From Eledone cirrhosa (taxonomy: Eukaryota), in contig OZ024741.1 of assembly GCA_964016885.1 (NCBI GenBank), positions 101,866,001 to 101,930,000 of the forward strand: a stretch of DNA of 64,000 bases. Direction: 5' to 3'. Positions 43,769 to 57,689 of this stretch are shown here, piece after piece (the stretch's first letter is position 1; every line of letters starts with the position of its first letter). Position numbers and translations under genes: made by a program. Under the pieces are notes generated by a model. That model did not search any database, was not told the origin of the DNA, and saw only the letters and a list, made by a program, of their open reading frames with translations.

Positions 43769-44377
43769 ATATCTATATATATATATATCTATACGAGATA
43801 GAATGAGCGCAACACGTGTCTCTCTCTTGGATTAATATTGATTTAAAATCAATCAGTTAGTAGGTTCACGCCAAAGAAAGGAAAACATAATACACTGATC
43901 ATATCAGGTTTGGTTATTCGATTACGAGCTCTAGATAAGAATTAACGTTCATTTGCTGAGATAAATGAGAAATTACGCGAAACTACGCCATTAATCTGCT
44001 TTAATGCAAATCATTGTCACATAGTATGAGTGTTAATTTCGTCGTATGATGGAGAGTTGCAGACATGAATGTGTGGTTAAGGAATTCGCTTCACAACCAC
44101 GTGGTTCTGGGTTCAGTTCCAATTAAGCGAGTGTCTTCACAACGAATCACGTATTTTAAACACTTATTATCAGCATATCCTTAGCAACATCATCGCCATC
44201 ATCATCAACCCTAAACCACCAGAATCCCCTCAATAACAACAGCCATCATGTCCATCATACTTAAATAAACATCGTATTGTCACCAATATCACCGTCGTCG
44301 TCACCAACACCATTCTTGCCAATAAAGAAATTATTATCATAATTGTCATTCACATTATCACCCTCATTACCACTGTT

Positions 44378-44463
44378 ACCACCACCACCACCACCACCAC
44401 CACCACCACCACCACCACCACCACCACCACCACCACCACCACCACCACCACCACTACCACTAC

Positions 44464-44493
<30 letters not shown>
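44378..44493. repeat. (ACC)n(ATC)n microsatellite in a decayed trinucleotide region
   Basis: Direct reading. Confidence 0.95.
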
Positions 44494-44494
<1 letters not shown>

Positions 44495-45179
44495 GCAAGC
44501 ATTATCAACTGCTTCAATCATTATGAAAGTATTTACAACCATCACCATCCACATCATCCTCAATATCACCATTATCATCACTATAATCATTATCATCGTC
44601 ATCGCCACCATCAACATGATCACCCCCATTACCATTATCGTCTTTGTAGACATAATTAAATAAAAACATAAATCAATTTCCTGTATTACATACTGAATTG
44701 AATAATAGAAAGGACACCAGGAATATGACCACAACCAGTGCCATCACCATCACCGCCCCTAACATCACACACAATCACTACTACTACCCCCATACCAATA
44801 TGCCCCCCTCCCACTACAGTCAAAGACAAGTCTCGAAGAAAATTGCGCAGCATGAATCAAGAATCATGATTATACAACACAAACGTTAATCAAACAAACG
44901 GTTATATAGGCAGCTGATAAAGCATGGCTTGCTCTCCTTTGTCATTCAGCGTTGACATAGATTTTGCTAATTAATAGAAGCATTAAAGAAATGTCTTTCC
45001 AGGCAGCTTTACAAGTTATTTTAACGGAATTCTCCAGAGAAATGAATATTTGTGTTCATCAGGACATTATATTTAGGGGCAGGCAAGGCTATGTGATTAA
45101 GGAGTTCGCTGCGCAACATACCTGCTTTCGGGTCCAGTTCGTTCCACGTAGTTGATGCCTTAGGTGGAACATCTACCAC

Positions 45180-46200
45180 TACTATAAATATCTAGTCGAA
45201 AATAGACCATAATCTACCTGAACTGGTACACTGTAACTGCAGACAACACAATAGAAGCCCCCTTTAGAGTAGATGCATAAATAACAACATCGTGTACCAC
45301 ATCTAACTTTTTAAAGAAAAAATGGTATGTGCATACCCACTCTTAAAATTCCTGAGCTTCGCAAATATACCGCATTAGCTAAAAGAATATGGGACTTAAA
45401 ACAGGAAAAAGTGATGTACGAATTGTCACGGTCGATTCGACGCTTCACCCACCACTATCGACACGAAAGAAAGGATTGTGATTTTTGTGCGACGGAAGTA
45501 TTGGAAAAAATTACTAAACTCTATACAAGATAGAATATTCAATTGTAAACATAAATATCTAAACATTTTTTCTAGATATAGTCCAAGCTAACTTATGATT
45601 TGATCCTACAACTCCACCTCCATTTTCCTGTGAACTACATTTCTTTTGACTGGCTGATTTTATGACAAAGAAAGCTTACGCCAAATCTAGTATTTCCATA
45701 TTTTTTTATCTCTAATATTCACCTCTCATCTATTTTATTATAAATCAAACTGCTAGCTCCAAATGGATTTAACGTCCAGCTACTTTCCACGACAACAGAC
45801 ACTTCAATTTTCTAAAATGGTCCTCTTTGAACTATAGAATAAATTCTTCTCATCCAATGACATTGCTTACTCCGACAACAAGAATGCTTGAAGCTCGTTT
45901 GGTCTCCCTTCCTCCTCCTTCCCTTTCTACACAAATATAAAAATGTTTATTATTTCATTAATCTCTGAAGAATTGCCGAATACAAACATAATGAGAGTGA
46001 GTGAATAGAAAAAATATTCCCATGCAGTTTTCGTAGATGATTATTCAATCGGTAATGAAACACGTGTTAGATTATTTAATCAAGTGAATCTCGATTCAAA
46101 TTTCTCCTCATTCCATTCCCGCTTTTCCTAATACAATACTTTATACTAAATTACACCGTGAATTCTTTGAACCTTCTACCATACTTATATTATTTAACTC
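45180..46200 (+). mobile_element. Old Naiad-type PLE 3' remnant (GIY-YIG fragment + UTR + ribozyme)
   Basis: HCNCRQ, LRKYTALAKRIWDLK, CDFCATE; hammerhead at 45959-46074. Confidence 0.75.
45959..46074 (+). ncRNA. Type I hammerhead ribozyme with 85-nt stem II
   Basis: taatct-CTGAAGA-attgccga...tcggtaat-GAAA-cacgtg-TT-agatta. Confidence 0.78.
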
Positions 46201-46476
46201 CATTAACCACACTGACAAAAAATATCTAGAAACTCGTTCCTTCAGTATCGTTTACATAATCATTCCACAGAAATAAGATTTTACCAACTTAACGTTAAGT
46301 TAAAACTCCCTTATCATCTTCTTATATACATATACATATACATATATATATATATATATGCTTTCAGTTCCTTAGAGGACTAACACCACACTCTGGATCT
46401 AAACATATCAACGAATTAACAAGGTAAAATCTAAACCAAAATTATGTTTTCCTGTTTTTAACTGTTCAAGTTCTAA

Positions 46477-46533
46477 CTGCCTGATGAGGTCATAGCTGTT
46501 GAATAATGGCTATCACTGAAATATATGTAGCAG
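46477..46533 (+). ncRNA. Type I hammerhead ribozyme in a solo ~220-bp pseudo-LTR remnant (46360-46578)
   Basis: ctgc-CTGATGA-ggt c atagctgtt gaat aatggctat c act-GAAA-tatatg-TA-gcag, then AATAAA. Confidence 0.8.
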
Positions 46534-46583
46534 CGAATATGAATAAACGAAGCTAATTTTAATCTATTGACTTACACTTTTTG

Positions 46584-46916
<333 letters not shown>

Positions 46917-46976
46917 AAATAATGTTTCGCTTCAAGCATAGCTTTATACAAATATGTATAGAGATTTCATTATATA

Positions 46977-47033
<57 letters not shown>

Positions 47034-47043
<10 letters not shown>

Positions 47044-47749
47044 CGTAAAATAAGAAAATTATAAAATTAACTTACTTACTAAAAAATCACTTCCAACTAA
47101 TTAGTTTCTGGAATGGAGTAAATATATTTTCCGAAGAAACATATTGAAAATCATTCCGTCATCAGGAAAGTCTTTTTCCGTGTAAGTCTCCAGGCATAGC
47201 GAGGACTCTGGAAACTTATTAAAAAAATAATTCAGTGGAAAGGAAATAGCGAAGCGTGGACTGGATTCCTAGCCATTAAGAAAATCACTGCCTCTACGTC
47301 TGTGGCAAATTCAAAAAGAATCAATCACGTGACATCGAGGTCAATTAGTGGAAAGCGAGTGGTTAATAAGACAGCGGCCAGCCTACTACCATAGTAGCAG
47401 TCATGGCCAAATATTGCTCGACAAATGAATTGGAGATAATTATAAGGAATTTATATCTAGTAACATTTATATACACACAGATGCATATCAATGCTAGCAA
47501 ATATATAGGTTTTGTCTTATTAACATTGTGGTTCAATGCATGGGGTTGCAGAACAATAATATGAGAGACGTAAAATAAGAAAATTATAAAATTAACTTAC
47601 TTACTAAAAAATCACTTCCAACTAATTAGTTTCTGGAATGGAGTAAATATATTTTCCGAAGAAACATATAGAAAATCATTCCGTCATCAGGAAAGTCTTT
47701 TTCCGTGTAAGTCTCCAGGCATAGCGAGGACTCTGGAAACTTATTAAAA
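47034..47749. repeat. ~190-bp direct duplication (47034-47227 and 47559-47749)
   Basis: Near-identical atgagagacgtaaaataag...ctctggaaacttattaaaa; whole block bounded by (TA)n. Confidence 0.9.
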
Positions 47750-47817
<68 letters not shown>

Positions 47818-47819
47818 TA

Positions 47820-48336
47820 TAAGGAGGTCAAGAAAATAACTGTTTAGAAACATTGATAAATAATTCTATCAAATTGTGGCCATGTTGGGGCACCACCTTG
47901 AGGGATTTAGTCGATTATATAGACCCCCCCCATTGTTTTTTTCTTTCAAGTATAGTACTACCGATCTTTTTTTTCAAACTGCGACATAAGCAACCGGTAA
48001 ACAGAAACACAAATATAGACACATATTCACGCACACATACACGCACTCATACAGAGAGAGAGAGTGAGAGAGATATTTCTCTCTCACTCTCTCTCTCTGT
48101 ATGAGTGCGTGTATGTGTGCGTGTATATGTGTCTATATTTGTGTTTCTGTTTACCGGTTGCTTATGTCGCAGTTTGAAAAAAAAGATCGGTAGTACTATA
48201 CTTGAAAGAAAAAAACAATGGGGGGGGGGGTGTCTATATAATCGACTAAATCCCTCAAGGTGGTGCCCCAACATGGCCACAATTTGATAGAATTATTTAT
48301 CAATATTTCTAAACAGTTATTATCTTGACCTCCTTA
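47820..48336. repeat. ~515-bp near-perfect palindrome centred on a (GA)/(TC) tract
   Basis: Arms 47820-48072 and 48078-48336 are reverse complements; mirrored ORFs 47853+ and 48047-. Confidence 0.92.
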
Positions 48337-49614
48337 GCTTAAAGGTACACATTCTAACAGTGATGGTTCTGGTATTAAACTAAGAGCAATATCTTTCTAA
48401 AGTATTTAGTCCGTTGCTATACCACGTTAAGTGAAGGCCCATGGCGTACTGTTCAGCATTTTCAGCTTACAATCGTAAAGTCGTTGAGTTCAATTACCGA
48501 CAGTGTGTTGTGCCGTTGAGATAGAATCTTTACTTCAGGTTTTTTCTGTCTACCCTGAAAAACGTGTTAATACCTATAATTCAAAAGTCCAATGTCGTAA
48601 CACATAGGGTCACCCTCAATATCCATGAGAACTACGTTAATGACATTTTCAGCCCCATGCACTTTAATTTTACGCGCGGGATGTCCTGTTGATCGAACGA
48701 CTGGAAAATTTCTTGTCGGATTCGATAGAGGATCGACTACTGTTTTAACTAACCCCACCACAAAATATATTCAGGGGTAGTTAATGTAGTTAAGGTAGAA
48801 AACGCTTTAATTTGCCTCATAACACGATGAAGTAAGCAATTTGATTCTAACAATTTGATTCAAACAAATCTATTAATGTAGGGGCTTATTATATTAAAAG
48901 AGTTAATGAAGGCTTCTTCTTTTATCACACATTCTGTGATGTTCAAGACTCTAATCAACATAGTAGAGTTCAGCTTCCAATTATTTTTCTTCTTTTTCTT
49001 CTTCTTCTTCTTCTTCTTCTTCTTCTTCTTCTTCTTCTTCTTCTTGATTATCATTGTTTTTTAGGGAGCAAAAAATATCGATATACTTGTCTGAATAAAG
49101 TGAAACTAATGCGTTTTTGCATGTTCTCTTTGTAACCAGTTTAATTATTCTTTGATAACAGGAACTCTAAGGACTCTTCAAGTGTTTTGTTTTTAACTTT
49201 TTACCTTGACAGATGGATTTTGTGAAATCAATTTTGTTTCTTTAAACATAATTAATCAAACGCGTTTACGGTACTTAAACTTGTGTGGAAGAATTCTAAT
49301 GAAAACGAGGGCTTTACGACTGACACTATCTCTATTCCAATTATATAATACAACAATCTGTAGTGTAATATTCACATCCATATAGACGTAAGGGAAGGTG
49401 CATGGCTTAGTGGTTTGGATGTTTGCATCCCGAGCATGCTGCTCCAGTCCAACTTGCAAAGATGAATTCTACATGTAATTCAAATGACCAGCTTTGTCAC
49501 ACATTGTGTCACGCTGTATTTATCTTATGACTACTTTAAGGTTGCACATATCTATGGAATGCTCAGCTACTTACATGTTAATTTCACAAAATACATGCTA
49601 CTCTCATGTTAAAA

Positions 49615-49950
49615 TCACGAAATACATGCAAGTAAACCTAACATACTTATTATAGACAAAGTGTCAAAAGTATTTATAATCGTTAACATAGCCATATTTG
49701 CTGACACGAACGTGACCAACAAGGAATAGGAAAAAATTGAAAAATACCACCATCTTGCTAGGGAGAAAAGGAGATTGTGGAATGTTTCTGCATAAGTAAC
49801 CTCCATAGTTATTGGTACGTTAAGGACTATTACAATTAGAATACAGAGGAGTAACAAAAATGTAGTGTTAATTCAATTGTATGCCTTAATGGTTACAGGA
49901 ATAATCATCAGAAAAGACCTTCAGTTTTAAGGAAACTAGATGTGACCCGA
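49615..49950 (+). mobile_element. R4/Dong-like restriction-like endonuclease remnant
   Basis: KPNILIIDK..VNIAIFADTNVTNKE*EKIEKYHHLAREKRRLW..VTSIVIGTL; followed by (AAC)n. Confidence 0.7.
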
Positions 49951-51016
49951 ACTTAAGGATAAAAATTCCAAATTATTTGTGCGAAACAACAACAAAAACA
50001 ACAGAAAAAAAAATCAAAAGCAGCTGCAACAACAATAACAATTGCAACAACAACAACAATAACAACAACAATAATGAAAAATATTTCAACCATTTTGGTT
50101 TTGCTTGTATTTGAAATAAACCGAATGCAAATATATCCCAATTTTATTTTTTAAATTTGTTTTAATCTATTAATTTATTTATCGTTTAAAAAAACTTAAG
50201 TCGAATAAGTAGAATGCATGATGGAAATTTGAAAAATAAAAAATATATGGTTATGCATATATATATATATAAATCATAAAAACTCTAAGGAGAGATTAAA
50301 ATCCAATAATTATTACTAAATGGAAAAAATTCCTGAAATCTAACGACTAGAGCAAGAAGTCGCCATCATCACGTCCATTTAAAAGATTGCTCTAATAAAT
50401 ACTTTAAACCAATTTCTGTTTATTTTTTTACGACAGTTGTTTAGGAAGACTTGCGATGTGTAGTGTGAAAATTGTCTTTTCTAAAGAATTTATGAGAATT
50501 TAACACATTTAAAGAAACACAAGCAATGCTGTGATAAAAGTGACATGGAAATATAGTTTAGCGACATGAAAGTAAAGTGTGGCGACTATCTACTAAATTG
50601 ACATGGAAATATACTGCAGTGAAGTGACTCTCTTGAGTCACATAGAAGTATAATACAGTGATTTAATAAAAATATAAACCAACGTTAAATTTAAAGTCAG
50701 ATAATGAAGCATGACGAATAGCAACGACAATAGGAACGACAACAACAACTGCAGCAACAATAGCAACATAAGCAATATCAGCAACACATAAACAGCGAAA
50801 TAACAATAACTAAGAAATCAACAATATAGAAACAACAACAACCACAACAACAACAAGGAGCAGTATCAACAATGTAAATAAACACGACAGCAACAACTTT
50901 AGAATCAACAATACAGGAGTGACATTAACAATAACATAGACAAGAAAGGTTAATGTTAGCAGAAAAGACAACAGTAATGAGGCGACTGTCAACAAAACAA
51001 TACAACAGGACCAGCA

Positions 51017-51097
51017 TCAACAGTAATGTTAACAGGTGTAACCTCAATAGTAACGTTAACCGGTGTAACCTCAATAGTAACGTTAACAGGTGTAACA
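51017..51097. repeat. 27-bp tandem repeat x3
   Basis: tcaatagtaacgttaacaggtgtaacc units. Confidence 0.85.
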
Positions 51098-51111
51098 ACC
51101 ACAGTTCCGCC

Positions 51112-51265
51112 TTAATAATTGTTTCTACTTTTGGCACAAGGCCAGCAATTACCCAGTACATTACTGGCACTTTATTTTATCGACCCCGTAAGGATGAAAG
51201 GCAAAGTTAACCTCGGCGGGATTTGAACTCAGAACATAAAGGGCCGTAACTCTTTGCTGCAAAGT
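51112..51265 (-). mobile_element. tRNA-derived SINE family 1, 5'-truncated, flanked by a 17-bp direct repeat
   Basis: agttccgccttaataat at 51103-51119 and 51263-51279. Confidence 0.85.
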
Positions 51266-51384
51266 TCCGCCTTAATAATAAAAAAACAAAACAAAGAAAA
51301 ACCCTACTAGAAATGACAGCAAAATCTTTTGCAAACCTTACCCTTTAAATGCAAAAAGAACACATTATATAATGTAATATTTAG

Positions 51385-51900
51385 TATCCCTAAACAATGT
51401 AGTGTTTTATATCCCTAAATAATCTAATATTTCATACCCCCAAATAATGAAGAGTTATATAACCCTAGATAATATACCCCTAAATAATGTAGTGTTTCAC
51501 ATCCCTAAACAATACAGTGTTTCCTATTCCTAAATAATTCAGTGTTTCGTACGTCTAAATAACCTTATATAACCCTAAATAATGTAGTGTTTCACACCCC
51601 TAAATAGTGCAGTATTTCATACCCCTAAATAATGTACTCTTATATACCCCTAAATAATTGTTTATACTTTTGGCACAAGGCCAGCAATTATCCCAGTGTA
51701 TTACTAGTGCTTTATTTTATCGACCCCGTAAGGATGAAAGGCAACGTTAACCTCGGCGGGATTTGAACTCAGACCATAAAGGGCCGTAACTCTTTGCTGC
51801 TAAGCATAGCGTGCGACCCTCTACCAATACTGCCAATCCACTGCCTTAAATAATGCAGTCTTATAAACCCTTAAATAATGTAGTGTTACATATATCTAAA
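51385..51900. repeat. 25-bp minisatellite interrupted by a SINE
   Basis: Diverged units ~ACCCCTAAATAATGTAGTGTTTCAT. Confidence 0.85.
51652..51848 (-). mobile_element. tRNA-derived SINE family 1
   Basis: Head, core and tail present. Confidence 0.88.
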
Positions 51901-52677
51901 AAAACAAGATTCTCACGGTTTTAATGTCTTTGAAAATATGTCTGATCGTTCAGTGTTGACTTGGGGTTAAATAAGAAAATACAACCAACAACAAAAACAA
52001 CAGCAACAAAAGCAAAAAAAGCAATAATACCATCAACATAAAAAAACAAAAAACAACAACAACAACACAGTTACAGCAACAATACAATAACAACAATATT
52101 GACACCAATCACAGTCACAACATGAACAACATAACAACAACAGACATAAGAGCAACATAAAAAAAAACAGCCATACAAACAGCAACGAAAATAACCACAA
52201 CAACGATAACAACTTCAACAAAATTAACGACAGCCACCCCCCCAATAATAATAAGCGACAACCACAATAACAAAACTCACATCATCTACAACAGCTACCA
52301 CTATCCCTACCACAATTAGCACCACCTCGCCATCATCACAACAAAAACAACAAAAACTATAACTTCAACAACCATAACATTATTTCTACAAACTAGATTA
52401 AGAATAAATCGAAGGCGATTTTTGAACTTAAAGGAAAAAATAATGTAGTAAAAGAGGAAAAAAGACATTTCTGAGAAATAATATATAAATTATTTTGTCT
52501 CTCCATATGGACAAATTCTCACACGTAACAGTTCTACTTGATTTAGCAAACTGTAAAATGAATATAATGAATAAAATAAAATAAAAAAATGAAAGCAGAA
52601 TATATGTAGTTAATGTGTTATTAAATCACAGAATAAAAACCTCAAATAAAAAAACTCAAAACCAACAACAATAATAA

Positions 52678-52980
52678 TAATAATGTCTAATTTAGGCACA
52701 ATGCCAGCTATTATTTGGGTGTGGGGAGAGGAAAGTCGATTATTGGTACTTTATTTTATCGGCCCTGGAAGAAGGAAAGGCAAAGCTAACCTTGGTGGGA
52801 TATGAACTCAGAATGTTATAACTATATGCTGCAAAGTATGTTGTCCAATACTCTGCCGATACTGCCAATCCACCGCCCTAATGCCAGTAGTAATAATAAC
52901 GGTTTCTGATTTTGGCACAAGACAAGCAGTTTTGTGGTAGGGGAAAGTCGATTAAATCCATCCCAGTGCATTACTGGTAT
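52678..52980 (-). mobile_element. tRNA-derived SINE family 1 (diverged copy plus 3' fragment)
   Basis: Core and tail motifs, longer variant with gtcgat..ccc insert. Confidence 0.75.
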
Positions 52981-53128
52981 AGTAATAAAACAACGAAAAT
53001 AAATACCACCAAATTGTTAAATTGGACAAGTGACTAAATTATGACGGAAACGTCAAAACACAATTTAAATTATGAAAAGAAGAGATGAACAACCAATCTA
53101 GAATAAGTGGAATACCTCACTAAGGTTT

Positions 53129-53159
<31 letters not shown>

Positions 53160-53586
53160 TTCATTTATTCGCTTATTCTTTCAGTTGATTGGTCAATTGT
53201 TAAGTCTTGAATCTAATGTAGAAATGATGTTTTCCATGCAATTTTCAGTTACTTCTAACAAGATAAAAAAAAAGTACTCCACACGTGTGCCTGCGCGTAC
53301 GCATGTATGTATGTATGTATGTATGTATGTATGTATGTATGTATGTATGTATGTATGTATGTATGCATGCATGTATGTATGTATGTATGTATGTATGTAT
53401 GTATGTATGTATGTATGTATGTATGTATGTATGTATGTATGCATGCATGCATGCATGTATGTATGTATGTATGTATGTATGTATGTATGTATGTATGTAT
53501 GTACGTATGTATGTATGTATGTATGTATGTATGTTTATAGGGAGAGATGTATAACATTCCGACCGAGGCACCAAGCAGCTTCTGCG

Positions 53587-53694
<108 letters not shown>

Positions 53695-53795
53695 AATAGT
53701 AATAGTAATAATAATAAATTTGAAGACTAAAATCCAAAGAGGGCTCGATAAGGATAAATATATATCAAATATATAAGAACCGTAGAGCAAATATT

Positions 53796-53886
53796 TATTA
53801 AAATAACAGATTAAAGTTTAAGCAAAGAATCGCTTAAGGGTGAAAGCAGCGATTCTTTGCTTAAACTTTAATCTGTTATTTTAATA
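53796..53886. repeat. 91-bp hairpin derived from the terminus seen at 8383-8433
   Basis: tattaaaataacagattaaagtttaagcaaagaatcgct / agcgattctttgcttaaactttaatctgttattttaata. Confidence 0.85.
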
Positions 53887-54025
53887 TATATATATGCAAA
53901 TTTAAAGGATATATAACAACAATATTTTTCATATATCAAGTTGAGAAACAAAAATTAGTATTATGTACATATAAATAGGACAACAAATAATAAATGTGCT
54001 CACTTAAATTACAAATTCCCATACT

Positions 54026-54457
54026 GCCGTTTCATGGAAATCCAGAATACAAAGTTTATAATCGATTTTAATGATTGGTATCAATCATCAATTATCGGTT
54101 TGTGTAAGAAAGATCAAGATCACTGGAACATTTCCAATCATCAGTGAACCTCGGGTCTTTTCTATATAAATTTCACACTGTAAACTAAATTAGCAATCTG
54201 TTCAAGCAAGGCGCACATAGTGCCTAAAATTAACGTGCTGCAGAAGGGCAAATATTTTACAGGACTGGTCACAAAGAGCGCTAAAGATAGCAGTTAAAAC
54301 AAATTTAAAATTTGGAGTAGTTATATGTTATAAATCTCACATTGTACTCTAAACTAACAACCTGTCCAAGCAAGGCGCTCAAAATCAACAACTGGAGATT
54401 GATACGAATCGTTACAATCGATTATAAACTTCGTATTCTTGATTTCCATGAAACGGC
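54026..54457. mobile_element. MITE-like element with ~42-bp terminal inverted repeats
   Basis: gccgtttcatggaaatccagaatacaaagtttataatcgatt / aatcgattataaacttcgtattcttgatttccatgaaacggc. Confidence 0.7.
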
Positions 54458-54787
54458 CATATTTGAATGAGTGCGTTTGATACAAAGTTAACTATTTACA
54501 TAAAATGACGCAAGTTGATATACTGTGTACACCGGGATATATAATCAGAGATATCCATACATAGATACAGACAAACTTACACACACAAATATGTTTTTTT
54601 TTTAAACGTAACTGAGTCCTCTTGATGTATTATAACCTCATACGAGACATATTAGCAACATCACCTCAATTCTCGTTCGCTCCACCCGATACGTTTGACA
54701 AGATCGGATCATTTGATATGATAGCCATTTAAAGGCCACGCTGGGGCTGGTTGCTGGTAAACTGCTATACCACCACCTCATTATTTC

Positions 54788-55182
54788 AAGTGGATTGGCA
54801 GCATCGGTAGAGGTTCGGACGCCATGCTTGCAGTATAGAGTTACGACCCTTTATGATCTGAGTTCAAATTCCGCCGAGGTTAACTCTGCCTTTCATCCTT
54901 ACCAGGTCGATGAAATAAAGTACCAGTAATGTACTGGGATAATTGCTAGCCTTGTGCCAAAAGTAGAAATAATTGGCAGCATCGGTAGAGGTTTGGACGC
55001 CATGCTTGCAGCATAGAGCTACGTCCCTTTATGATCTGAGTTGAAATCCCGCCAAGGTTAACTTTCCCCTTCATCCTTACGGGTCGATAAAATAAAGTAG
55101 CAGTCACGCACTGAGATCGATTTAATCGATTTTCCCCTCCCCCGGAATTGCTGGCCCTGTGTTTATATAAGAAACCATTATT
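54788..55182 (+). mobile_element. Two tandem tRNA-derived SINE family 1 copies
   Basis: Copies 54788-54972 and 54973-55182. Confidence 0.88.
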
Positions 55183-55235
55183 TCAAAGCTAGCTGAACAC
55201 ACATACAGGCGCACAGACACACGCACAGACACACG

Positions 55236-55337
<102 letters not shown>

Positions 55338-55691
55338 ATACATCTCACACTGCACCAAAGTTATAAGATGCTTATTACCAAAATCGATAATTGTTGATTG
55401 ATACTAATTACTGATATTGACTGTCTGCAATTTTTTGTTCTGGTTTCCAGAAACAGATCCGTCTATTGAATTGTCGGCCAATATAACATCTTGAAGTTTG
55501 TATCTTTATTTACATATTATTTATTCTGTTTAAATGTACAAAATATTAACTGTTTCTCAATACATATGTCCTGTTATATATCGTTTAAACTTATTTGATT
55601 GATACTCTGGACTGAAGCTTATGGAGCTTTCTTTCTCCTGGGAAACATTATTGATATATATTATATATGCATTGATTGAACCTAAGGTTAG

Positions 55692-55723
<32 letters not shown>

Positions 55724-56276
55724 TGTATGTATGTATGTATGTATGTATGTATGTATGTATACCCTTACTTTGGAGTAAATCTTTTATACAAATATGATAT
55801 AGTTACATACTTATTTACTTTAATGTAACACTCAGCATCAAGCATACGCACATACATACATGCATACATACATGCATGCATGCATGCATACATACATATA
55901 TAGATATATGCATACAAAAAGACAGACAAGCCGACAGGCAGACAGAAACTTACACGTATGCTTACACATACGAATATAAATAAATTATTACACATAAGTG
56001 CGCGTGCGAGTGTGTGAATGCGTGAGTGTGAGTGCGTGTGTGTAAGTGCGTGTGTGTGGGTGCGTGTGTGTGAGTGCATGTGTGTGAGTGCGTGTGTGTG
56101 AGTGCGTGTGTACGGACATATAAACACACATAATTAAGAAATAATCACTATTTGCGTGATTTTGCTACACTTCATCCAGCGTCAGGGAATAACTGTCATT
56201 TTTATAACTCTCTGCAATATGGCAGTTATTATATAGAAAGCTTATGTTAAAATAAACAAACAAGCATTATATAGAT

Positions 56277-56481
56277 CAGTATCGGTAGAGGGTCGGACAC
56301 CATGCTTTGCAGCATAGTTATGGCCCTTTACGGTCTGAGTTCAAATCCCGCCGAGTTTAACTTTGCCTTTCATCCTTACGAGGTCGATAAAATAAAGTAC
56401 CAGTAACGTACTGGAGTCGACTTAATCGACTTCCCCTCCCTCCAAATTACTGGCCTTGTGCCTATACTAGAAATCATTATA
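56277..56481 (+). mobile_element. tRNA-derived SINE family 1
   Basis: Head, B-box, core and tail. Confidence 0.88.
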
Positions 56482-56498
56482 TATATTTATATATATAA

Positions 56499-57238
56499 GG
56501 GCAAACTAACAGGTAGGGAGAAATATGTATGCAGTAGATGTACAGGGAAATTAGACAGTAGAAGTCGCATTGATAGACACATTTTTCAAATGCAAGAGGG
56601 TGCTATAGAAGTGGTGGATAGCTTCCGGTACCTAGGAGATCAGATTAGCATGGGAGGAGGGTGTTACGAGGCCATAGTATCTAGAATAAGGACGGGTTGG
56701 AAGAAGTTTAGGGAGCTGCTTCCTCTGTTGACGAAGAAGTGTTTCTCCCTGCGTACGAAAGGCCGGTTGTATGATGCCTGTGTGAGGAGCGCGATGCTGC
56801 ATGGTTGTGAGACATGGGCAGCAACTGCAGAGGATATGCGACGGCTGGAGAGAAATGAGGCAAGCATGCTCCGTTGGATGTGCAGTGTAAATGTGCGTGA
56901 ACGACCCAGCAGGGATGTGTTGAGAGAGAAACTGTGTCTGAGAGGGATAGAATGTAGTGTACGGGAGAGGAGACTGAGGTGGTATGGACATGTGATGCGC
57001 ATGGAGGATGACCGATGGGTGAAGAAGTGCCAGGAAATGCCAGTTGAAGGAAGACGTGGTAGAGGTAGACCACGAAAAACATGGGCGGAGGTGGTGAGAA
57101 CAGACCTCAGATCATTGAAGCTCACTGTGGAGATGATGAAGGACCGTGACGAGTGGAGAGATGCTGTGCGGAATAAGACCCGTCCCACCCTTGCAAGTAG
57201 GGAAAAGCGGACGTAAAATGATGATGATGATGCTGATG
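56499..57238 (+). mobile_element. 5'-truncated RTE-clade LINE (same family as 9231-10591), open 3' frame, (ATG)n tail
   Basis: GKLTGREKYVCSRC..FRYLG..RRLRWYGHV..GRPRKTW..TRPTLASREKRT*. Confidence 0.92.
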
Positions 57239-57240
57239 AA

Positions 57241-57432
57241 GGACGGTGGATTGGCAGTATCGGTAGAGAGTCGGACACCATGCTTTGCAGCAAAGAGTTA
57301 CGGCCCTTTATGGTCTGAGTTCCACTCCCGCCGAGGTTAAATTTGCCTTTCATCCTTATGGGGTCGATAAAATAAAGTGCCAGTAATACACTGGGTAAAT
57401 TGCTGGCCTTGTGCCAAAAGTAGAAACAATTA
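57241..57432 (+). mobile_element. tRNA-derived SINE family 1 directly after the LINE tail
   Basis: ggacggtggattggcagtatcgg head through gtagaaacaatta tail. Confidence 0.88.
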
Positions 57433-57519
57433 TATATATTTATATATACATATATGTGAGTATGTGTATATTTTGAAATCGGATGATTCGTTTTGATACA
57501 CCTTGTATACATGTGTGTC

Positions 57520-57589
<70 letters not shown>

Positions 57590-57689
57590 TGTATGTATGT
57601 AATGTATGTACGTATGTCTGAATGTAAATATATATATATTCATATGTGGTTGACGGCTGAGGGAAAAGAGTACACAATACCGAAGTAAG

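Noticed and set aside
44261-44734. Poly-Gly/Asp or poly-Pro ORFs
   Set aside because: (ACC)n/(ATC)n microsatellite without coding context
51385-51900. CRISPR array or telomeric (CCCTAAA)n repeat
   Set aside because: Units are contiguous diverged 25-mers with no unique spacers or cas genes; CCCTAAA is not tandem
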